Notes: generated by a model from the letters alone, not told the origin. A stretch of DNA of 34,917 bases from Deltaproteobacteria bacterium (GCA_019310665.1 JAFDDW010000015.1:1-34917); one strand, 5' to 3'. Positions 10,664 through 22,251 are shown, numbered from the stretch's first letter. Numbers and translations are program-made.

Positions 10664-11826
10664 CACATGAAAATCGCTTTGATGCTATCGTAATTGGAGC
10701 CGGGCCTGCAGGATCAACCGCAGCCTATCTTCTGGCAAAAAGGGGGTTCAAGGTTCTGCTTCTGGACAAGAAGCCCTTTCCTCGCGACAAGCTTTGTGGA
10801 GGACTTTTAACGTGGAAAACAGTCAAAGTGCTGGAAAGTATTTTTCAAACATCCACAGATTTTCTGAAATCAAACCAGATCATCTTAAACCAAAGTTTAA
10901 ACTATGAGGTAAGTCATGCCAACGGCGCTTCCATCAGAGGTCGACTGGAACATCCCTTTTACTTTGTCGACCGAAGCGCATACGATTTTTTCTGGTTAAA
11001 AATGGCCCGACAGGCAGGTGCCGTATTCCGGTCTGGTGAAAAAGTCACCTCCCTTGATCCAGGTAATAATCAAATTGTAACCAGCAAAGGCAATCAATTC
11101 TCCGGAAGTCTGGTCCTCGTTGCTGACGGTGCACTGAGCAGAATCAGAAGATGGTTATCGGCTAAAGGATTCATAAACCCAAAAATCCATTCCGGTCTGG
11201 CCACCGCCCTGGAAGTTTTTGTTACCCATCAACAAGCGCCATCGCTGCCTGACTATCCGACTATACATTTCGGCCACATCCCCTGGGGATATGCCTGGTG
11301 TTTTCCCAGAGAGGATTTATGGCTACTCGGGATTTGCGGGCTAAATATTAAGGCCGGCCAATTGCTCAAAAAAGGTTTTAAGCAGTTCTTAAAAAAAATA
11401 TCAGTCCCTATCGAGCATCTGTCAACTGCCAAAAGCTGCGCCCTGCCCTACGGCAATTTTCTTAACCAACCCGGATACAAGAATATATTGCTGCTGGGCG
11501 ACGCCTGCGGCCTGGCCGATCCATTACTGGGTGAGGGAATTTACTATGCCCACAAAAGCGCACAGCTGGCAGCCATGGCTGCCGTACAGTCATTCAGCAA
11601 TCCAAATAAGGCCCTCAATTTATACAAACAATATATAGACGACAACATCCTTACGGAACTCAGGTATATTAGAGCCGGCCGCCAAATAATTTTTTCTCTT
11701 CCGGGAGCCTGGCCCTTTAGGGCTGTTTCTTCTCTGCTCAGAACCATTCCGCAAATATGCGAAGAAACCATCCAGGGCCAGCGGTCTTTTAGATGGTTTC
11801 GACCGGTCGTCAAAGACAACCGATAA
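10660..11826 (+). CDS. geranylgeranyl reductase family FAD-dependent oxidoreductase
   Basis: IGAGPAGS, FPRDKLCGG, GYAWCFP, GDACGLADPLLGEGIYYA. ATGA overlap with the upstream gene. Confidence 0.88.
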   Translation: MTHENRFDAIVIGAGPAGSTAAYLLAKRGFKVLLLDKKPFPRDKLCGGLLTWKTVKVLESIFQTSTDFLKSNQIILNQSLNYEVSHANGASIRGRLEHPFYFVDRSAYDFFWLKMARQAGAVFRSGEKVTSLDPGNNQIVTSKGNQFSGSLVLVADGALSRIRRWLSAKGFINPKIHSGLATALEVFVTHQQAPSLPDYPTIHFGHIPWGYAWCFPREDLWLLGICGLNIKAGQLLKKGFKQFLKKISVPIEHLSTAKSCALPYGNFLNQPGYKNILLLGDACGLADPLLGEGIYYAHKSAQLAAMAAVQSFSNPNKALNLYKQYIDDNILTELRYIRAGRQIIFSLPGAWPFRAVSSLLRTIPQICEETIQGQRSFRWFRPVVKDNR

Positions 11827-11847
11827 GCAAACATATGTTTCTACAAT

Positions 11848-11886
11848 AAAAGCGGGGTGAAAAAATCTGATTTTCACCCCGCTTTT
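11848..11886. terminator. bidirectional intrinsic terminator
   Basis: AAAAGCGGGGTGAAAA / TTTTCACCCCGCTTTT perfect 16-bp inverted repeat between convergent genes. Confidence 0.85.
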
Positions 11887-12035
11887 GGATTATCAACTTA
11901 AAAAATTTTTGGGACTTATTTGAAATTTGGTGGTTGTGTTTTGATTTTTTGCCGTAAAAAGCAAACGGATAATTTCTAAGATACTAAAACTTATTATACG
12001 CTTCTTTAGGACGGTCGCGAATCTACTTTATAGGC

Positions 12036-12458
12036 CTAGGCGCCGACATAAATACCACGGCCTGACTTCTTGATTTTGCCTTCTTTCGACGCTCTGAAAA
12101 TAATATTACGAACTTTTTTATCGTCAAAGCCTGTTTTTTTCTTCAGGGTTGGAACGTCAACACCTTTTTTCGATCTCTTAATAATTATTAAAATCTTATC
12201 GGTTGCTGTTGCCTGGGGGGCTTTTTTTCTAGCAACGGCCTTTTTGGCCGGGGCTTTTTTGGCCGGAGCCTTTTTAACGACTTTGGCTTTCTTGGCCGGC
12301 GCCTTTTTAACGGCTTTGGCTTTCTTGACCACTTTCTTTTTTATAACCTTTTTTGCTTTCGGCATCGGCACATGAGCCTTTAACAACTTTTCCAACTTTT
12401 TTTCCAGCGCTTTAATATCTCTTTTGACTGCCTGCAAATCTTTCTTTAAAATAGCCAT
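12036..12458 (-). CDS. Lys/Ala-rich histone H1-like basic protein with C-terminal winged-helix-like domain
   Basis: KKAPAKK repeats, N-terminal coiled coil, C-terminal VDVPTLKKKTGFDDKKVRNIIFRASKEGKIKKSGRGIY. SD AAGGAGGAG. Confidence 0.8.
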   Translation of the reverse strand: MAILKKDLQAVKRDIKALEKKLEKLLKAHVPMPKAKKVIKKKVVKKAKAVKKAPAKKAKVVKKAPAKKAPAKKAVARKKAPQATATDKILIIIKRSKKGVDVPTLKKKTGFDDKKVRNIIFRASKEGKIKKSGRGIYVGA

Positions 12459-12692
12459 TTTCTACTCCTCCTTGAAGTTTTTGTAATTTTATTCACCTAA
12501 AGTCTATCACAGCATATATAGATAAACGAAAGTACTATATAGACAACTTATATCGAAAGAAGTACTTTTGTCAAGCGATAACGCAAAAAACCTAAAAGAA
12601 TTTAGTAGATTAGACAAAATTCCAATTATTTTATCCCGGTTGCAAACAAGATCAACTTCACTGCCGAAGAAAAATTGGTTTTGCTGTTTTTC

Positions 12693-12721
12693 TTGCCTTA
12701 ATCCTGCGAATTCGATATAAA
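12693..12721 (+). promoter_or_regulatory. putative sigma70 promoter of pfaBC-oleABCD
   Basis: TTGCCT-17 nt-TATAAA, about 68 nt upstream of the ATG. Confidence 0.4.
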
Positions 12722-12788
12722 GAAAGTTTTTGAACCAGGATTCAATTGAAACCCTAATTTTGTAAACATAAGTGATAACCGTTATCCG

Positions 12789-15700
12789 ATGAACCTAAAC
12801 GCACCCATTGCCGTGGTTGGGATGGCCGGGCTTTTCCCCGGTGCCTCGGACCTGGAAACCTTCTGGCAAAATATTATCAATCAGGTCCCGGCAGTCATTG
12901 AGGCCGGCAAGGACCGCTGGGGGGTAGATCCGGAATCTATGTATCGCCCGGGTTTTCAAAGCGACAAAGCCTATTCAAAGCGTTGTTGTTTAATAACAGA
13001 TTTTAATTTTGACCCCACAGGCATCGATCTTGACCCCAGCCTGGTTTCATCACTCGACCCTCTTTATCACCTCGTCCTGCATGTCGGCCGCGAAGCTATC
13101 TCCGGAATTTCGCCGACGTCACTCGACCGTCAACGCACAGGTGTCGTTTTGGCCGCCATTGCCCTGCCGACGGACGCCACTTCAACAATCACCCGTGATA
13201 TTCTGGGTTCCGCCTTTGAGGAAAGATTGTTTGACGCCACCGCTCCCGGCGTATTCAAAAATCAGGCAAAGCCTCTTTCCCGGGCCCAATACCTGGCCAA
13301 CCGGGTAACCAGCCTGCCCGGAGCTATTGTGGCCAAAGCCTTCGGTCTGGGCGGTGGATCCTATACGCTGGACGCTGCCTGTGCATCCTCTCTGTATGCC
13401 GTCAAGCTGGCCTGCGATGAATTAAATGCCCATCGCGCTGATGCCATGCTGGCCGGAGGCGTTTCACGACCCAATTGTTTATTTACCCAGGTGGGCTTCA
13501 GTCAGTTACGCGCCTTATCACCCACCGGGCGTTGCGCCCCATTTGACCATAAGGCCGACGGTCTGGTTGTGGGCGAAGGCTCGGGAATTTTGGTTCTCAA
13601 GCGTCTGACGGACGCCGTGCGCGACCGGGACTCAATATTCGGACTGGTTCACAACGTTGGGCTTTCCAATGACATGCGCGGCAATCTCCTGGCACCGGAC
13701 AGTGAAGGCCAGGTCCGCGCCATGCGCAAGGCCTATGAATCCAGCAGTTGGTCGGCCCATGATATTGATTTGATAGAGTGTCACGGCGCCGGAACACCGC
13801 TTGGCGATTTAACCGAGTTGCGAAGTTTGGAAACCTTGTGGGAAAAATCAGGCTGGGTAAAAGGTCAATGTGCTATCGGTTCGGTTAAATCCATGATCGG
13901 GCATCTGCTGACTGCCGCCGGCGCCGCCGGTATGATTAAAACCCTTTTGGCATTACAAAATAAAATTTTGCCGCCTTCCTTAAATTTTGAAAAACCCCCG
14001 CCAAACAGCCCGCTGCAAGACGGTCCTTTTCGAGTGCAGGCCCGGCCTGAACCCTGGCACCGCAGGAAAGATAATTGCCCGCGGCGGGCGGCCGTCAGCG
14101 CCTTTGGCTTCGGCGGTATAAATGCCCACCTGCTGCTGGAAGAATGGGTTCCGAATGGGGATTGGGGATTGCGGAATGCGGATTTAGAAATATCAGTAAG
14201 TCAGAAATCCCAAATCCCAAATCCCAAATCCCAAATTGCTATAGTCGGCATGGAGGCTGTTTTTGGATCACTGACATCTTTGCGCGAATTCCAGGAACTG
14301 ATCTTTAGAGGGGGTACCAATATTGATAGGCGCCCGGAGCATCGCTGGAAAGGATGTGACAGCGTCGCCGGCCAATACCTGGAAAATTTGGAGTTGACCG
14401 GCGGGTTTATGGATGAGTTAAACCTTGCGGCCGGCCAATTCCACATACCACCGAAAGAAATCCCGGATATTCTCCCGCAACAGTTGCTGATGCTGAAAGT
14501 GGCCTCAACTGCTTTAGAGGATGCCGGCTTTCCATTGCAGGAAGATCGACCCGAGATGGGCGCAATCATCGGGATTGATTTTGACTTTGAAGCCGCCAAT
14601 TTTCAATTGCGCTGGCATCTGGTTAATCTGATCCCCCGCTGGGTTGAAAAATTTGGATGGAACCTTCAAGATAAAGAGATAGACGCCCGGATCAAGTCAT
14701 TGCAAGAGGCCTGTCATCCGCCTCTGACGGCACCCCGCACCTTGGGCGCTTTAGGGGGAATTGTTGCCAGCCGGGTGGCACGGGAATTTCACCTTGGAGG
14801 CCCCAGTTTTGTGGTATCCTGCGAGGAAGCATCCGGTTTAAAAGCGCTGGAAATCGGGGTCAGGGCCCTGCAGCAAGATGAGGCTGAAGCATTTTTGGTG
14901 GGGGCCGTAGATCTGAGCGGCGATGTCCGCAATATTATCTTAAGCAATCAGGCCAGACCTTTTTCGCGCAACCTTCAAATTCGACCTTTCGATCAGGCTG
15001 CCGACGGTACCCTTCCCGGCGAAGGGGCCGCGGCCCTGATCATCAAACGCCTGGACCGGGCCATAGCAGACGGAGACAGGATTTATTCCGTTATCAGGGG
15101 AATTGGCAGTGCCGGCGGCGGCGGCATTGATGACAGCCGGCCGTCACAGGAGGCTTATATCCGCTCACTGAAACACTGCTTTCAGGATGCCGGTCTTGAG
15201 CCGTCGACGATCAGTTTTATGGAAACTCACAGCGGCGGTAATCGGGCGCAAGACGACCTGGAAACCAGAGCATTGCACCAATTTTTTTCGAAGACCGACA
15301 GCTCCTGCGGTATCGGTACGGTAAAGGCCAATATCGGACATACCGGGTCTGCCTCGGCCCTGGCCTCTGTGGTTAAAACCAATTTGTGTCTTTATCATGA
15401 AATTATCCCCCCCATGGTTAATTTCAGCATCCCTGAGAGTTCGCTCTGGCATCGTGAAAGATTTCACATTCCGGTTCATCCACAGTTCTGGCTAAGAAAT
15501 CGTAAAGACGGCCCTCGCAAAGCCGTGGTGGGTACCATGACACCCGATGGCAATTGCATGCATATCATACTGGAAAGTTATGATTATCGGCAGGGAAGCG
15601 ACATTCCGGAAAAGGTCCTGCAAAAAGTTCAATGGGAAAGAAAAAGACCCCTTGGTTTCCAAAATCCGGGAATCTTTATCGTTGAAGGCGACACCAGACA

Positions 15701-18700
15701 GGCCTTACTCTCCGGCCTTGAAGCTCTGAATCAGTATGCGGCAAAACACCTGGCTGCGCAAAACCTTGACTCCCGGAAACATGTCACCGTGGAACAGGCG
15801 GCCCGCCAATGGTATCTTGAAAACGGAGTCAATTTTGAACGCCCGCTTGCCGTATCAATTGTGGCCGGCAATCTTTCCGAGCTGGAAAAACGAGTTGCTG
15901 CCGCTCATGAAGCGGTTTTATCAGGCAGCCCCCAGAAAATGGAAGGCACCGGCGGAATCAGTTATACACCAGACCCCATTGGCAACAAGGGGCAACTGGC
16001 TTTTGTTTTTCCGGGTTCGGGCAGCCATTATATCGGTATGGGCCGGGATATTGGTGTTCATTGGCCGGAAATTTTGCGTAATATGGATGCCCGGACCCAT
16101 CAGTTGAAATCCCAGCTGTTACCGGATTGTTTTATTCCCTGGCGGGCTTCGTGGCAACCGGGTTGGCAAAAAGAAGCTTACGAAAAAATCATATCCGATC
16201 CTCTCAACATGATTTTTGGGCAGGTCGCTCATGGCGGTGTGGTCGCCGAACTGATAAAACATTTCGATATTATTCCCTCGGCCGTACTTGGATACAGCCT
16301 GGGAGAGTCGACGGGTTATTTTGCCATGGGCGTCTGGCCCGAACGCGGTGAAATGCTCCGGCGCATGCGGCAAACAGATTTATTTACCCGTCAGCTTGCC
16401 GGCCCCTGCAATGCCGCCCGCAGGATGTGGAATATTGCGCCCGATGAAGCCGTTGACTGGTGCGTGGCAGTGGTGAATCGCTCCGCTGATACAGTCCGCC
16501 GGGTCGTTGACAGCTATGCCACCACCCGTTTATTGATCATCAATACGCCCGATGAGTGTGTCATCGGCGGTCGCCGGCAGGATGTGAAATCGGCCATTAA
16601 AGCGCTCGAATGCGAGGCAATTTATCTGGATGGTGTTGTCACCGTACATTGCGATGCATTAAAGCCGGTTGCTGATGCCTATCGGCAATTGCACCTTTTC
16701 CCGACGCACCGGCCCGAAGGTATTCGCTTTTACAGCTGTGCCCTGGGCCGGGCCTATAGCCTGACCCGTGAGAAAGCGGCTTCTTCCATTCTTAATCAGG
16801 CTTTGCACGGTTTTGACTTTACGACAACCATAAACCAGGCCTACAGCGATGGGGTCAGAACTTTTTTGGAAATGGGACCCTATTCTTCGTGCACCCGAAT
16901 GATTAGCAGTATTCTGAAAGATGCTCCCCATTTAGCAATATCCGCGTGCAACCGGGGTGAGGATGATTACACGACCATCGTCAAAGTACTGGCAGCACTC
17001 ATTGCAAAGCGGGTGCCGGTTAATCTGGATAAACTCTACGGAAGCCGGGCCTACGCGCCGGATATGATTGAACCGGCCAAAAAAATCTCAGGCAGTCCCA
17101 TAAAAGTCATCATCGGCGGAATTTTTGAAGGTACAGAAAAGCGTCAGGTATCACCTGTCCCGGATTCAGAAACCAGTGACCAGAGACCAGTGACCAATGA
17201 CCAGCGACCAGAGACAGATAATCCAATTTCAGAATTAGTTGAAACCGCTGATCGAATTGCTCGTGGTACAGCCGAGGCTCATCATAAATTCCTGGAGCTA
17301 TCCGAAGAGGTCACCCGCTCTTATGCTGAAGCCTTTAATCTTCACACCAAACTTTTGGAACGTGCCCTGCAGGAATCAGACAATTCAATTCCTACTGCCA
17401 TATCCGATACCACTGATCCAGACCTTCCGCATTCCCCCATTCCCTCTTCCAATTTTCCGCATTCACGCCCGGTTTTTTCCCGGCAGCAGTGCCTGGAATT
17501 CGCCACCGGATCGGCCGGCAATGTACTGGGACCCGAATTTGCGGTAGTCGATACCTACCCGGCCCGTGTGCGCCTGCCCGATGAGCCTTTAATGCTGGTC
17601 GACCGCATCCTGTCGGTTGAAGGCAAAAAAGGATCCCTGGGTCCCGGACGTATTGTCACCGAGCATGATGTATTGCCGGGAGCATGGTACCTGGACGGCG
17701 GACATGCCCCCGTTTGTATATCCGTCGAAGCCGGTCAAGCCGATCTGTTTCTGTGTGCCTATCTGGGCATCGACCTGGCGGTGAAAGGAAAAAGAACCTA
17801 CCGGCTTCTGGATGCTGCCGTTAAATTTCATCGTGAAATGCCCCTCCCGGGTGAGACGATTCGTTATGAAATTGAGATCAATAAATTCATCCGTCAGGGG
17901 GAAACGTATCTATTCCTGTTCAGCTTCAGCGGATTTATCGGCGATACACCCCTTATCACCATGACCGACGGCTGTGCCGGATTCTTTACCGAAGAAGAAG
18001 TTAAAAATTCCGGCGGCATCATATTAACCGGCGATGACACCGGACCCGTTACCGGAAAAAAGCCTTCCGACTGGAAACCACTGGTGCCGCTGAACAAAGA
18101 AAGTTATGATGATTCGGCGGTAGAGGCGCTTCGCACCGGCAATGCGGCCGGATGTTTCGGTAAGGTCTTTGCGGGAATCACCCTGCCTGGCTCGCTCAGA
18201 CTTCCCGGAGGCCGCATGAAATTGATCGACCGCATCATCAATCTGGACCCTGTCGGCGGGCGATACGGCCTGGGACTGATTCAGGCCGAAGCTGATATCC
18301 ATCCCGATGACTGGTTTTTAACCTGTCATTTCGTAGACGACAGGGTCATGCCGGGAACGCTGATGTACGAGTGCTGCGCCCACACTTTGAGAGTTTTCAT
18401 GCAGCGCATGGGCTGGGTTACGGATAAAACGGGCGTTTTTTATGAGCCGGTTATCGGTGTGCTAAGCAACCTGAAGTGCCGCGGACCGGTAACACCTAAA
18501 ACCCGCCAGGTTGTCTATGAAGTCGAGATCAAGGAATTCGGATATGGGCCCCAGCCCTATGTTATCGCGGACGCACATATGTATGCGGACGGAGACCGGA
18601 TTGTGTGGTTTAACAATATGTCTATGCAGATGAGCGGTATCACTAGAGAAGAAATCGAGGACTTTTGGGATCAGAAGACAAAGAAAGCCGGCCGGCGTGA

Positions 18701-19821
18701 TTCACCTGTGAAGCGTCCGGCTGTCTTTGAGCGCCGCCACATTCTTGAAATCGCAGTCGGAAGTCCATCCAAGGCATTCGGTGAGCGCTATAAACCCTTT
18801 GATCGTGACAGGTTTATCGCCCGGCTGCCCGGACCCCCTTTTATGTTCATTGACAGGATAACAAAGGTTGAACCCGAACCCTGGGTAGTAAAACCCAATG
18901 GCTGGATCGAAGCTGAATATGATGTCTCACCGGATGCCTGGTATTTTCGAGCCGAGGGCGCACCTGCGGCGCCGCTCAGCATTATCCTGGAAATTGCGTT
19001 GCAGCCCTGCGGTTGGCTGGCAGTCTATATGGGATCAGCCCTCAAGAATAAAAAAGATCTCCGGTTCAGAAATCTCGGCGGCCGGGCGACCCTTTTTCGC
19101 GAACTGTCGCCGGATTTAAAGACCGTATCCGTCAAAACGCGACTGACCAAGGCTGCGGAGGCCGGCGACATGATCATCGAGCATTTTAATTTCGAAGTAC
19201 GGCATCGAAATCAAAAAATATATGCCGGCAACACCAATTTCGGTTTTTTTACCCCTGAAGCCCTGGCAGTCCAGGAAGGCATCCGCGATGCGGATAAACA
19301 GGTGGTCACGCCCACCCGGGCGGAATTGCAACGCAGCCGGCCCCATGTGTTCAGTGACCTTGCACCCCTCACGCCGCGGGATCCGGAACGGGTACCGGCC
19401 CGTGGATTAACCCTGCCGGCCAAAGCCATTCGAATGATCAACCGGATTGAAGCCTATATTCCTGACGGCGGCCCGATGGGTCTGGGATTTATACGGGGAA
19501 CCAAGACGGTCGATCCCCGGGAATGGTTCTTTGATGCCCACTTTTATCAGGATCCCGTGTTACCGGGTTCACTGGGAATTGAATCTTTCATCCAGCTGCT
19601 CAAGTATATGGCTCGACAACGCTCTGCTGACGGAACAATCGCACAGCTGGACCTATCGGGGTCAGATATTGCCCCATAACCGTTTGATCACTGTCGAGGC
19701 CTCCGTCACCGACATCCAGGAAGAACCGCTGCCGATGATAACTGCAGATGGTTACCTCCAGGTCGATGGCCTGTACATTTACAAAATGGAAAATTTTGGT
19801 ATTGAACTGCTAAAAATTTAA
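12789..19821 (+). CDS. pfaBC: fused PfaB/PfaC-type PUFA synthase subunit (KS-CLF-AT-FabA-like DH domains), frameshift near 19623
   Basis: KS DAACASS/ECHGAGT/IGHLL; second KS-fold lacks the active Cys (VSCEEASG, CLF); AT PGSGS/GYSLGE; DH motifs TCHFVDDRVMPGTL and DAHFYQDPVLPGSL. C-terminus (SWTYRGQILP...VDGLYIYKMENFGI) lies in the 19447-19821 frame. Confidence 0.9.
14153..14236. repeat. heptamer-arm hairpin in the KS-CLF linker of pfaBC
   Basis: GAATGGG GATTGGG GATTGCG GAATGCG GATTT, then AAATCCC x4 (14205-14232). Confidence 0.75.
17172..17213 (+). repeat. heptamer ACCARNG x6 in the AT-DH linker of pfaBC
   Basis: accagtg accagag accagtg accaatg accagcg accagag. Confidence 0.8.
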
Positions 19822-19840
19822 TATTTAACGGATATCTTCT

Positions 19841-20827
19841 ATGTTGTATTCTAATGTCTACATTGAGGCATTCGGCTATGAACTCCCGCCCAATGTCGTT
19901 ACCTCCGATGATCTGGAAAAACGTTTGCAACCGGTTTATGAAGCGCTCCATTTCAAGAAAGGACAGCTGGAAGCGATCACCGGCATTCGGGAGCGCAGGT
20001 TCTGGGACCCGGACTTCAACATGCACACAGGCGCGATTAAAGCCGCCCGCAAGGCGCTGGATGTATCTTCGCTAACCCGGGATGACATCGGCATGTTGAT
20101 TTACGGCGGGGTTTGCCGGGATAATTTAGAACCCGCAACCGCGTGCGCCGTTGCAGATGGGTTGGATCTCAGGCCCGCCAGTCAGATTTATGATGTTTCC
20201 AATGCCTGTCTGGGCATTTTGAACGGAATGGTGCAAACGGCAAACGCCATTGAACTGGGCCAGATACGCGCCGGTTTGATCGTATCCTGTGAATCCTCCC
20301 GCCAAATCGTTGATATTACTATTGATCGATTGCTCAATACCAGGGACATGGAATTTTTTAAAAAAACTATCTCCACCTTGACGGGAGGTTCCGGTGCGGT
20401 GGCAGTCCTTATGGCGGATCGATCGTTATCCGAATTATGCGTGTGGGGACCGGATACCGGTATTCCTGCCAGCGGATTACACCTGATGGAGACCGATTCC
20501 GTTGCGGTGCTTAAAAATGGCGTGCCCTTGGGCATTGAAACATTTAATGCTTTTCGCCAAGAAATTGACTGGTCTGATAATCAACTGGATAAAATAATCT
20601 GCCATCAAGTCGGCGCCACCCATCAACGTAACATTCTGGATGCCCTCGGAATCCCGCCCTCAAAAGACTTTACAACCTTTAAATATCTTGGAAACATTGG
20701 CACGGTATCCTTGCCGATCACAGCGGCCATCGCAGACGAAAGAGAATTCCTGCTGCCCGGGGATCTGGTCGGTTTTTTGGGAATTGGCAGCGGGCTTAAT
20801 TGCTTGATGCTGGGGATTGAATGGTAG
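19841..20827 (+). CDS. oleA: OleA thiolase-fold acyl-CoA condensing enzyme (head-to-head Claisen)
   Basis: DNLEPATA (Glu), SNACLG (Cys), ICHQVG (His), LGNIGT (Asn), GIGSGLNC. Followed by oleB, oleC and oleD. Appears short around 20430. Confidence 0.9.
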   Translation: MLYSNVYIEAFGYELPPNVVTSDDLEKRLQPVYEALHFKKGQLEAITGIRERRFWDPDFNMHTGAIKAARKALDVSSLTRDDIGMLIYGGVCRDNLEPATACAVADGLDLRPASQIYDVSNACLGILNGMVQTANAIELGQIRAGLIVSCESSRQIVDITIDRLLNTRDMEFFKKTISTLTGGSGAVAVLMADRSLSELCVWGPDTGIPASGLHLMETDSVAVLKNGVPLGIETFNAFRQEIDWSDNQLDKIICHQVGATHQRNILDALGIPPSKDFTTFKYLGNIGTVSLPITAAIADEREFLLPGDLVGFLGIGSGLNCLMLGIEW

Positions 20828-20831
20828 AAAA

Positions 20832-21189
20832 GAATTTGGGAATGGGAAATGCGGAATGCGGAAAGATTGATGGTCGAATACAGAAGTCAGAAATCAGCCC
20901 AGCCACTGGCCTGAAAAGCGGCCAGTCTAATCGATAAAGAGACTCAGTCTTGCGGAGTTAATAAAAAAGAGAATATCGAATGTCGAATAATGAATGTCGA
21001 ATGTCGAAGGAATGTATTCTATCTATTTTATAAAAAAATGACTGAGCGAAGCGATTCCATCCTTCGACATTCGACATTCGACATTCTTCGGTTCTGCGGT
21101 TCGCTTTATAACTTAATGTAGTTTCATATAAGAGGTCAGATGATAGATAAAGAGTTTACCACGGAAGGACACGGAAAATCACGGAAAAG
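20832..21189. repeat. repeat-filled oleA-oleB intergenic region containing a core-plus-arms hairpin element (20971-21086)
   Basis: GGAATGC units near 20838-20863; GAATGTC arm and GACATTC arm forming a perfect 20-bp inverted repeat (20992-21011 / 21060-21079); CACGGAANNN x3 (21160-21189). Confidence 0.8.
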
Positions 21190-21198
21190 CCAAAGAAT

Positions 21199-22155
21199 AT
21201 GCTGAAACGAAAACCCATCGACATATCAGAATTCCGACACCTTTATCCGTTTAGGTCCCATTATATGGACTTGAACGGTCTCAAATACCATTATGTTGAT
21301 GAAGGCAGCGGTGAACCGGTTGTGATGGTCCACGGTAATCCGACCTGGTCTTTTTACTTTCGCGATTTGATTAAATCCCTGTGCAGTCGATATCGTACCA
21401 TCGCCCCGGATCATATCGGTTGCGGTTTATCGGATAAACCCGACAGCAAAACCTATGGTTATAAATTAAAAAACCGCGTGGATGACCTTGAAGTCTTGAT
21501 AGAAAATCTTAAGATAAAAGAAAAGATTACCCTGGTACTTCACGATTGGGGTGGTTTTATCGGCATGGCCTATGCTTTGAGACATCCGGAGCGTATTTGT
21601 CGATTCGTTTTAATGAATACGGCGGCATTTTTGCCACCTCCGGGCAAGCCCATTCCGATCATACTTAAATTGATTCGTGGTTTAAAACCCTTTGCCGTGT
21701 TAGCCGTCCAAGGTTTTAATCTGTTTGCCCTGGGTGCTCTTTTCAAAAACTCGTATAAAGGTCTCTCTAAAGATGTCAAAGTGGGCCTTATCGCACCTTA
21801 CAATTGTTGGAAAAATCGTATAGCAACCTTGAAATTTGTCCAGGATATACACCTGACAGAAAATAATCCGAGCTACAGAGTAATTAAACAAGTAGATAAC
21901 AATTTGAAATTATTCTTAAATATTCCAATGCTGATTTGCTGGGGGGAGCACGATTTTGTATTTGACTCGGACTACCTCGATGAGTGGATACGCCGCTTTC
22001 CGGATGCTGAGGTTCATCGTTTTGCGGAAGCCGGCCATTATGTCCTTGAAGATGCTTCAGAAAAAATAATATCGATAGTAGATCGATTCTTGCGCCGGCA
22101 CCCCCTGGATAGAATACAGAAGACAGAAGGCAAGGGACAGAAGGTTAGAAGTTGA
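21199..22155 (+). CDS. oleB: OleB beta-lactone decarboxylase (haloalkane dehalogenase-like alpha/beta hydrolase)
   Basis: VHGNPTWSF, HDWGG nucleophile Asp, AGHYVLED, ole operon context. Confidence 0.9.
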   Translation: MLKRKPIDISEFRHLYPFRSHYMDLNGLKYHYVDEGSGEPVVMVHGNPTWSFYFRDLIKSLCSRYRTIAPDHIGCGLSDKPDSKTYGYKLKNRVDDLEVLIENLKIKEKITLVLHDWGGFIGMAYALRHPERICRFVLMNTAAFLPPPGKPIPIILKLIRGLKPFAVLAVQGFNLFALGALFKNSYKGLSKDVKVGLIAPYNCWKNRIATLKFVQDIHLTENNPSYRVIKQVDNNLKLFLNIPMLICWGEHDFVFDSDYLDEWIRRFPDAEVHRFAEAGHYVLEDASEKIISIVDRFLRRHPLDRIQKTEGKGQKVRS

Positions 22156-22251
22156 GAAGATAAGAAGGTCAGATCAGGCCGGAATGGATTTCAGTCGGAA
22201 ATTTCAGAAAAATCTGACACTTTGCTCTATGCGCCATGCGCTATGCTTCGG

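Noticed and set aside
12070-12375. Hydrophobic plus-strand ORF (FLAGAFLA repeats)
   Set aside because: Mirror of the Lys/Ala-rich protein on the opposite strand.
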